DNA from: Thainema sp.
Lineage (GTDB): Bacteria; Cyanobacteriota; Cyanobacteriia; Phormidesmidales; Phormidesmidaceae
Reading direction: 5' to 3'
Length of the DNA: 64,000 bases
NCBI GenBank assembly: GCA_052168235.1
Contig: JBQLZK010000024.1
Span: forward strand, 1-64,000
Position numbers and translations under genes: made by a program. Below, one piece after another: positions 57,466 to 64,000 of the stretch. The notes beneath the pieces are model-generated. The model made no database searches. It worked only from the letters and a program-made list of their open reading frames with translations, and was not told the origin of the DNA. Within the stretch, counting starts at the first letter, position 1. Each line of letters begins with the position of its first letter.

Positions 57466-58434
57466 TCAGCTCAAGCAGCTCAGAGGCAGATGCTTGGCCA
57501 ACTGTTCAATTAAAGTGATACCTGCCACTGAATTGCCAATTTTATCCAGCGGGGGACTGTACACTGCGATCGCACCTTGACTGGGCACCACGGCCAGGAT
57601 CGCGCCGCTGATGCCAGATTTCATTGGCAACCCCACACGCACCGCAAACTGGGCCGACGCTTCGTACAGGCCACAGGTCAACATCAGCGCATTCACCGCC
57701 TGCCGATGACGGTCTTTGACTCGACTGGATGAAACGGCCAGTAGATAACCTAATTTCACTAAATCAGTCACCGTGCCCGCCAAACAGCAAATCTGCTGAT
57801 AGGTATCCAGAGCTTGGCCGTCGTTTTTTAAGCGTCCAGCTTCCTGTAAAACCGCAGCCAGTGCTTCGTTACGGGCTTGTCCTAATGTGCGAACAGAGTT
57901 CAGCATGGCCTGGTCAAGCGCAAGATGGGTCTGAGCCTTGTCGTTGAGCCAGTCACAGAGCAACTGGCAGCAGTGGGCGGCAGTGGAGCCAGGGATTTTG
58001 TCGGCAAGTGCGATCGCGCCGCTGTTGATCATGGGATTACGAGGATAGCCCTGGTCGGCCTGGAGCTGATCGAGGGAATTAAACGGTTGGTCGGAAGGCT
58101 GGACACCAACCCAATCAAACACCTGCTCGGCACCAAACTGCTCTAGCAGGTACAGCAGCAGCAGCGGCTTAATCACGCTCATCAAAACAAAAGAATGCGC
58201 TAAATCCCCAGTTTGATAAACGAGGCGTTCCGTTGTCTCGTTCGTACCATCAGCCGCATCGTTGACATAAATCTGGGCCGCAAACCAGTTGGGATTGGCC
58301 GTCGCCAGTAACGTAATTCGATTCGGTACATGTCCCTGAATAGCTTGATGCCGCGCCTGTTCAGCCCATGCGTCAAACTGCGCCGCTGATAGTGCTTTAA
58401 ACGGAGAAACCATACCGAATCCACTGGGCTGCAC
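57466..58434 (-). CDS. glsA: Glutaminase
   Basis: MSVIK (SxxK), PRNPMINSGAI, CGLYEAS and PMKSGISG motifs. Confidence 0.9.
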   Translation of the reverse strand: MQPSGFGMVSPFKALSAAQFDAWAEQARHQAIQGHVPNRITLLATANPNWFAAQIYVNDAADGTNETTERLVYQTGDLAHSFVLMSVIKPLLLLYLLEQFGAEQVFDWVGVQPSDQPFNSLDQLQADQGYPRNPMINSGAIALADKIPGSTAAHCCQLLCDWLNDKAQTHLALDQAMLNSVRTLGQARNEALAAVLQEAGRLKNDGQALDTYQQICCLAGTVTDLVKLGYLLAVSSSRVKDRHRQAVNALMLTCGLYEASAQFAVRVGLPMKSGISGAILAVVPSQGAIAVYSPPLDKIGNSVAGITLIEQLAKHLPLSCLS

Positions 58435-59837
58435 TATTCCATCTCGTCTACTTCGCCACCAACAACAACATTACGAATCCGCAGGCTAGGCCCACCGCAA
58501 CCAACTGGCAGACCACTCTGTCCACCCTTGCCACAACCGCCGGACTCGTCCCAGTAAAAATCATCGCCGATCGCCTCAATGTCGGCCAGAGTGCGAAAGA
58601 CATTGCCCGATAGCGTCACATCCCGCACGGGTTCGGCAATCTCGCCATTGCGAATCATCCAGGCTTCCCCGGCTGTGAAGGTGAACATCTCGCCGTTGGT
58701 CATACCGCCCAACCAGTTACGAGCATAAACGCCTTGCTCAATGCCGCTAAACAGGTCTTTAACCGGAGTTTTGCCCCGCTCAATCCAGGTATTGGTCATC
58801 CGGACAATTGGTGGATAGTGGTAGTTCAAGCAGCGGGCGTTTCCCGTGGGAGCTTCACCCAGCTTGCCAGCGGTTTCGCGAGAGTGCAGGCGTCCGACGA
58901 GTACCCCATCCTGAATCAACTGCGTCGTTGTGGCCGGAGTGCCCTCGTCATCATAGTAATAGCTGCCTCGGTGGCCTGCCGGAGCGGCTCCATCAAAAAT
59001 CTGCAGATCCGCTGGCCCAAATCGCCGCCCCAGCGTCATTACTTCCAGCAAATCGGGATTCTCATAGGCCATGTCTGCCTCGGACAGATGACCAAACGCT
59101 TCATGCACAAACAACCCGGTCAAAATTGGGTCGATGACAACGGTGTACACATCGCCGCGCACCGAGGGCAAATTTAGAGCCGCAACCGCTCGCTGAGCTG
59201 CACTTCTGACTTGCTCGTCCAGATCAGTCATATCTTCATAAGCGCTGCGGGAACCCGTGGTTTCCCGCCCCGTTTGCACGGTTTCGCCATTACGAGCCGT
59301 GGCCGCAAACCGCATTTCCATATCTGTCCAGGACTGCTCAATCAGGCTGCCGTCAGAGGTGGCGAGAATAATCCGCTGGGAACTGTCACCGTAGCGGACT
59401 GATGCAGTGGTGATACAGTCATCTACACCGCGCAAAATATCGGAGTAGTGCTGGCAGAGCGCTTTTTTGTCGGCCAGCGGTACCTGACGCGGGTCGGTTC
59501 CAGTCAGCGGCAGACGGCGCACGGTTTGAATCGCCTCTACCGGAGCCAGATTGGTATCTCCTTCGCCGATGATGCGAGCTGAGGAAATGGCTTCTTCGAT
59601 GCGATCGCGCAGTGTGCCCAGTTGATTAAAGCTGGCGAATCCCCAACCGCCTTTGTAGCAAGCCCGTACCTGCCCACCAATGGAGATGCCTTCGCTGAGA
59701 GTTTCAATCTTGTCACCCCGCAGCATAATATCGGTGCCTTCCGATTCTTCTAGGCGAATGGCGAGATAGTCAACGCGATCGCGATAGCGGTTAATCAAGT
59801 CAGACAGCAGATTACGATGATCATCCAGGATGGGCAT
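58434..59837 (-). CDS. tldD: TldD/PmbA family metalloprotease (TldD-type)
   Basis: HEAFGH (HExxxH), DDEG, RMTNT and GGCGKGGQ motifs. Confidence 0.9.
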   Translation of the reverse strand: MPILDDHRNLLSDLINRYRDRVDYLAIRLEESEGTDIMLRGDKIETLSEGISIGGQVRACYKGGWGFASFNQLGTLRDRIEEAISSARIIGEGDTNLAPVEAIQTVRRLPLTGTDPRQVPLADKKALCQHYSDILRGVDDCITTASVRYGDSSQRIILATSDGSLIEQSWTDMEMRFAATARNGETVQTGRETTGSRSAYEDMTDLDEQVRSAAQRAVAALNLPSVRGDVYTVVIDPILTGLFVHEAFGHLSEADMAYENPDLLEVMTLGRRFGPADLQIFDGAAPAGHRGSYYYDDEGTPATTTQLIQDGVLVGRLHSRETAGKLGEAPTGNARCLNYHYPPIVRMTNTWIERGKTPVKDLFSGIEQGVYARNWLGGMTNGEMFTFTAGEAWMIRNGEIAEPVRDVTLSGNVFRTLADIEAIGDDFYWDESGGCGKGGQSGLPVGCGGPSLRIRNVVVGGEVDEME

Positions 59838-60015
59838 GGCCGTAAACCGAACTAAAGAAGCTTGCCATCATTGTGCCGTTAAATGGGGTGAAACGTCAGG
59901 GGGGTTGATGGTTTTTGGTTGATGGGTGGTGGTTAGTGGTTGGTTGATAGGGATGTTTAAGGGAGTGGGGGAGTAGGGGAGCAGGACAGAAAGGGAGTAG
60001 GGGAGAAAGGGAGCG

Positions 60016-60393
60016 TTATTCTCGGGGTTCGTAGAATTGGCAGCCGTCGCAGGGGCCATTGGGATTGACGGCACAGCGCATAATCTCTGATTGGGCATTG
60101 TAGCGACAGGAGGCGTCGCCCACTACCCAATGCTGCGCGACCCAACTGCGCTCGTCTAGATGGGGAGCTGATTGGACGTAGAGGGCAATTTTATGCAGCT
60201 GATACTGCCCCGATCGCAACTGATAACGATGGCGGCGTTCCAGAACCGTGTAGGTTTTTCCCTCGACGTCAAGATAGGAACCGGGTTGAGGTACCCAATC
60301 TAAATAAAGCTGCCCAAGAGACTGCCGTGAATGGCTGAGAATAAGCTCCGTAGGCAATTCGGTCGGAGATTGATTAGGCATAGGGTGAGACAC
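60016..60393 (-). CDS. DUF6464-like cyanobacterial protein with a Cys-rich C-terminus
   Basis: ERRHRYQ and GDASCRYNA.SE..RCAVNP.GPC..C motifs. Confidence 0.75.
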   Translation of the reverse strand: MSHPMPNQSPTELPTELILSHSRQSLGQLYLDWVPQPGSYLDVEGKTYTVLERRHRYQLRSGQYQLHKIALYVQSAPHLDERSWVAQHWVVGDASCRYNAQSEIMRCAVNPNGPCDGCQFYEPRE

Positions 60394-60743
60394 TGCGATC
60401 GCAGATTTTAGCTTTACATGCGATGAGTGATTGATTCACGTTCTGATAAATCGCTGGCATGCATCGTATTGTACAGCGTTCATCATAGACTTGTTGGCTC
60501 AGCGGTGCAGTTCCGACTCATGCCGTGCACAGTTTGTATCCTCATCACAACTTCATAAACAACTGGTCTATTCGGCACTCACTTCATCTGAACCTCATAT
60601 TCATTCCTTCTGCGTAAAAAAACGTATGGAAACAGCAGAAAAGCCTTTGAAATTCGTTATCTTGCTACAAGAGGAAACTAGGATTATGCATCGTGTTTGT
60701 GCGTATAACTACTAAAAATTCTCTCTAAACCCTAAGCCCCCTT

Positions 60744-61787
60744 ATGAAACACTATTTTGCTGCTGCTGGCATTGCCTGCATGGCTGCGATCTCACCCCTC
60801 GAAGCCAGTGCCGCCACGTTTAATCAAATTTTTGTGTTTGGCGACAGCCTTGCCGATCCGGGCAATCTTTTTCAGGCATCAGGTGGGCTTGTGCCGCAAA
60901 CACCTCCCTATGCTCAGCGGTTTTCTAACGGCCCCGTTTGGGTTGAATACCTGGCGGATTCTCTCAATCTCGACCCAATCCGAGCAACCGATTTTTTAAG
61001 CGGCTTACCGCTCAATGGGGAGGATGGCGTTAATTTTGCCGTTGGTGGAGCCAGTACCGGCACAAATTTAGCAAATTTTCCGCTGCCGCTTGGTGTGTTG
61101 TCTCAGGTTGAATCGTTTGAGCAACTGGTGAGCAGCAACGTGCTTCAGCCTGCTGATGATGCGCTCTATATCTATGTAGCAGGCGGCAATGATATTGCGG
61201 CCAATCTTGCTGGTACACCTGGCTTTGCTGATATCAGCACTTTTCTGTCCAATACAACCGCAGCACTCCAAGACTTAATCAACATCGGAGCGCAAAATAT
61301 TCTGGTGAGCAATGTGCCGGATCTGGGGGCAACGCCACGGTTTAACGGATTACCCAGTGCTGGCGTAATTACTAATATCGTCAACAGCTATAACCAATCT
61401 TTGGCTGCAATTTTGGATTCATTATCGCTTAGTAATCCAACCGCGAATCTGATTGGGTTTGACCTGAATGGATTATTCGGAGATGCGATCGCAAATCCAA
61501 CTAATTACGGATTTATGAACGTTACTGACGCTTGCCTCAGTGGTTTCGACTCATTTCCACCCGACGATAGTTTTAACATTTGTGATGCTCCAGATTCTTA
61601 TCTGTTCTGGGACAACTTCCATCCGTCCACTGCCGCCCATGCCATCGTCGCTGATGTTGCCTTGGCCCAACTGCATGAACCCGAAGCTGTGCCGGAACCC
61701 AGCGTACGCTGGAGTTTGGTTGCGTTGGGTACGGTTGTTGTGGGTGGAACGCTACATCGGCGATGCGCTCGACTAAAGTTGCGCTGA
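60744..61787 (+). CDS. SGNH/GDSL hydrolase with a PEP-CTERM sorting signal
   Basis: Signal peptide; FGDSL, NFAVGG, GGND and DNFHP motifs; VPEP + TM + RR tail. Confidence 0.9.
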   Translation: MKHYFAAAGIACMAAISPLEASAATFNQIFVFGDSLADPGNLFQASGGLVPQTPPYAQRFSNGPVWVEYLADSLNLDPIRATDFLSGLPLNGEDGVNFAVGGASTGTNLANFPLPLGVLSQVESFEQLVSSNVLQPADDALYIYVAGGNDIAANLAGTPGFADISTFLSNTTAALQDLINIGAQNILVSNVPDLGATPRFNGLPSAGVITNIVNSYNQSLAAILDSLSLSNPTANLIGFDLNGLFGDAIANPTNYGFMNVTDACLSGFDSFPPDDSFNICDAPDSYLFWDNFHPSTAAHAIVADVALAQLHEPEAVPEPSVRWSLVALGTVVVGGTLHRRCARLKLR

Positions 61788-61851
61788 GAATTGAGCTAAA
61801 CAGAGTGTTAACTTTATCGTTGGCTGCTTGAAAACCTAGTCTTGGGTTGCT

Positions 61852-62046
61852 AATCTGAGGGGGTCGGACGAACCTGGAAAACCGCATAACTTCGTTGACC
61901 CCCTCAGATTGCTCTCCGTGCAAGGGTTTGAGCCTTGTTAGTAGAAGGGTTATTGATAGGTATTCTCAATTAACTGGCTCCAAGTTTGACCCCCTCAGAT
62001 TTGGGGCATTGAAAGCCTTGCCCAGTAAAGGCTCCAGATCGAGGGG
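61852..62046 (+). promoter_or_regulatory. CRISPR leader
   Basis: Non-coding region abutting the first repeat; contains three copies of GACCCCCTCAGATT, one inverted. Confidence 0.7.
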
Positions 62047-62513
62047 GTTTCATTTCACTCACCCCGCAAGGGGACGGAAACAACCAGTCGCAAAGCATAC
62101 GAGACATCTACGCTCTCGTTTCATTTCACTCACCCCGCAAGGGGACGGAAACTCGTCAGTGATACTACCCCATCTTAGGACAATATAATAGTTTCATTTC
62201 ACTCACCCCGCAAGGGGACGGAAACGCTCTTGGCAGGCAGCAGGCGCTTGTGGTTGTTCGTTGTTTCATTTCACTCACCCCGCAAGGGGAAGGAAACCTA
62301 TGGAGGCTGATTAAACGGTGGGTCGTATCATCCGGTTTCATTTCACTCACCCCGCAAGGGGACGGAAACGTTAAAGCCACCTGCGATCCCGCTTCCGTTT
62401 ACATAAGGTTTCATTTCACTCACCCCGCAAGGGGACGGAAACTCTCCCGAGACATCATATTTTGACTGAATTCTGATCGTTTCATTTCACTCACCCCGCA
62501 AGGGGACGGAAAC
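62047..62513 (+). CRISPR. CRISPR array: 7 repeats of 35 nt and 6 spacers of 36-38 nt; no adjacent cas genes
   Basis: GTTTCATTTCACTCACCCCGCAAGGGGACGGAAAC at 62047, 62118, 62191, 62263 (one C>A change), 62335, 62408 and 62479. Confidence 0.98.
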
Positions 62514-62520
62514 CTTAACC

Positions 62521-62696
62521 AAGGCAGAAGGATGAAGGCAGAAGGATGAACAACGGATCTGGTTGGGAGTCAGAGCTGTCAGCAAAAGGTTAAAAAAGCT
62601 TGGTTCGATATCAAGCCAACGCTCACCGAACTAAAATCATGATTCCTCAGCAGGCAACCTTTCTGCCTTCTGCCTTCTGCCTTTACCTCTGCCTTT
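62521..62696. repeat. STRR-like heptamer clusters (AGGCAGA / TTCTGCC) in opposite orientations
   Basis: AAGGCAGAAGGATG x2 after the array; TTCTGCC x3 at about 62661-62681. Confidence 0.6.
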
Positions 62697-62746
62697 CCTC
62701 AAGGGACTGTACGATACAAACAGATCCCGTCATAGGAACCAACCCC

Positions 62747-63817
62747 ATGTCTGCGTTGAATGCTGCATCGAATCAGCCAACTTTCGACACTCTGTTTAAC
62801 ACTATTGAATCGCTGGTCATGTGTCACTCGCCCAGCGGCGTGGAAACGGAGATTAATCAAACGCTGCTGGAGCGATTTCAGGCATTAAACGTCCAGGTTT
62901 GGCAGGACGACGCAGACAATATCATTGCTCATTTACCCGGAAAAAACCGCGATCGCAGTTTAGCCATCACCGCCCACAAAGATGAAATTGGGGCCATCGT
63001 CAAAACTGTAGAAATCGAGGGGCGTGTCCAGGTACGTAAGCTGGGCGGCGCGTTTCCCTGGGTGTATGGCGAAGGAGTCGTAGACCTACTAGGGGATGAG
63101 CAAACCCTCAGCGGCATTTTGTCCTTTGGGTCGCGCCATGTCTCCCACGAATCGCTACAGAAAGATTTGCAAGACACGGCACCCTTACGCTGGGAAGATG
63201 CCTGGGTAGAAACTAAGCAGTCCAACGAGGCGCTGGTTGCCGCCGGAATTCGCCCCGGCACGAGAGTGGTGGTTGGCAAACACCGCAAGCGCCCGTTTCG
63301 CATGGGAGACCATATCGCCAGCTACACACTCGATAACAAGGCATCGTTAGCAATCCTCCTCGCCCTCGCTGAGCAAATTGAACAGCCTGCGGTTGATTTG
63401 TATTTAGTTGCATCGGCCAAAGAAGAAGTTGGCGCAATCGGCGCACTCTATTTCACCCAGCGCCAGAAAATTGACGGCCTGATTGCGCTAGAAATTAGTC
63501 CCCTCGCCCCGGAATATCCCATCGAAGGCGGTGAATTTCCGGTGCTGCTCTCGCAGGATAGCTATGGCCTCTACGACGAAGGCTTGAACCGTGAGATTCG
63601 GCGAGCGGCGGATCGGGTAAATATTCCACTTCAGCTCGCCGCGATCAGCGGCTTCGGTAGCGATGGTTCAATTGCTATGAAATTTGGACATGTATCTCGT
63701 GCCGCTTGTCTGGGCTTTCCGACACAGAATACCCACGGGTATGAAATTGCCCATTTGGGTGCGATCGCAAATTGCATTACCGTCCTTAAACATTACTGCG
63801 AAACCAGCGGGCTATAG
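62747..63817 (+). CDS. M42 family metallopeptidase
   Basis: SPSG.E, AHKDEIG, LDNK, EEVG, SDG and NTHGYE motifs. Confidence 0.9.
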   Translation: MSALNAASNQPTFDTLFNTIESLVMCHSPSGVETEINQTLLERFQALNVQVWQDDADNIIAHLPGKNRDRSLAITAHKDEIGAIVKTVEIEGRVQVRKLGGAFPWVYGEGVVDLLGDEQTLSGILSFGSRHVSHESLQKDLQDTAPLRWEDAWVETKQSNEALVAAGIRPGTRVVVGKHRKRPFRMGDHIASYTLDNKASLAILLALAEQIEQPAVDLYLVASAKEEVGAIGALYFTQRQKIDGLIALEISPLAPEYPIEGGEFPVLLSQDSYGLYDEGLNREIRRAADRVNIPLQLAAISGFGSDGSIAMKFGHVSRAACLGFPTQNTHGYEIAHLGAIANCITVLKHYCETSGL

Positions 63818-63901
63818 CGCTATACAATGATCATCAGAAGTTCGTGACAAAAAAGCGCGATCAATCGGCGTAATCAAGGTTTATCAGCCCCTTCCATTCC
63901 T

Positions 63902-64000
63902 ATGGCCAAAACTGTTGCAGACGTAATGAACCGTGATATCGTCACGGTCAAGCCAGAAACTCCCATTAATGACGCGATTCACTTGCTTTCCGAGCGCAAA
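63902..64000 (+). CDS. CBS-domain protein (partial, runs off the window)
   Basis: MAKTVADVMNRDIVTVKPETPINDAIHLLSERK. Confidence 0.8.
   Translation, partial: MAKTVADVMNRDIVTVKPETPINDAIHLLSERK

Noticed and set aside
61895..62465. ORFs of 71-97 aa across the CRISPR array
   Set aside because: They are translations of repeats and spacers.
62600..62746. N-terminal extension of the M42 peptidase
   Set aside because: It runs through heptamer repeats; the ATG at 62747 is preferred.

Overview
This is a chromosomal window from a cyanobacterium, shown by abundant HIP1 GCGATCGC, psbA, psb29 and heptamer STRR-type repeats; a filamentous Leptolyngbya-like host is my inference. Bases 152-12914 hold a Wzx/Wzy-type exopolysaccharide cluster with a sulfotransferase, and its first ~10 kb are AT-rich and apparently HIP1-free. 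The rest is mostly housekeeping and envelope genes: mlaE, a DegT aminotransferase, GH13, an amidase, a TonB-like protein, cobI, a CPA1 antiporter, a sensor kinase, mltA, psbA, cdsA, ddl, psb29, glsA, tldD, a GDSL-PEP-CTERM protein and an M42 peptidase. The most striking unexplained features are: (1) a candidate ~430-nt minus-strand structured ncRNA (45404-45831) with its own -10 box, nested stems, GNRA and cUUCGg loops and four AAGGA(G)-type motifs, upstream of a TIR/NDT-like gene; (2) a tightly packed four-gene envelope operon (14190-18569) behind two LexA-like boxes; (3) a 1430-aa membrane-anchored coiled-coil protein ending in a BRCT domain; (4) an orphan 7-repeat CRISPR array with a patterned leader; (5) a family of long palindromic MITE-like elements; (6) a serine recombinase with altered catalytic motifs. 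All calls were made by eye; no searches or folding programs were run.
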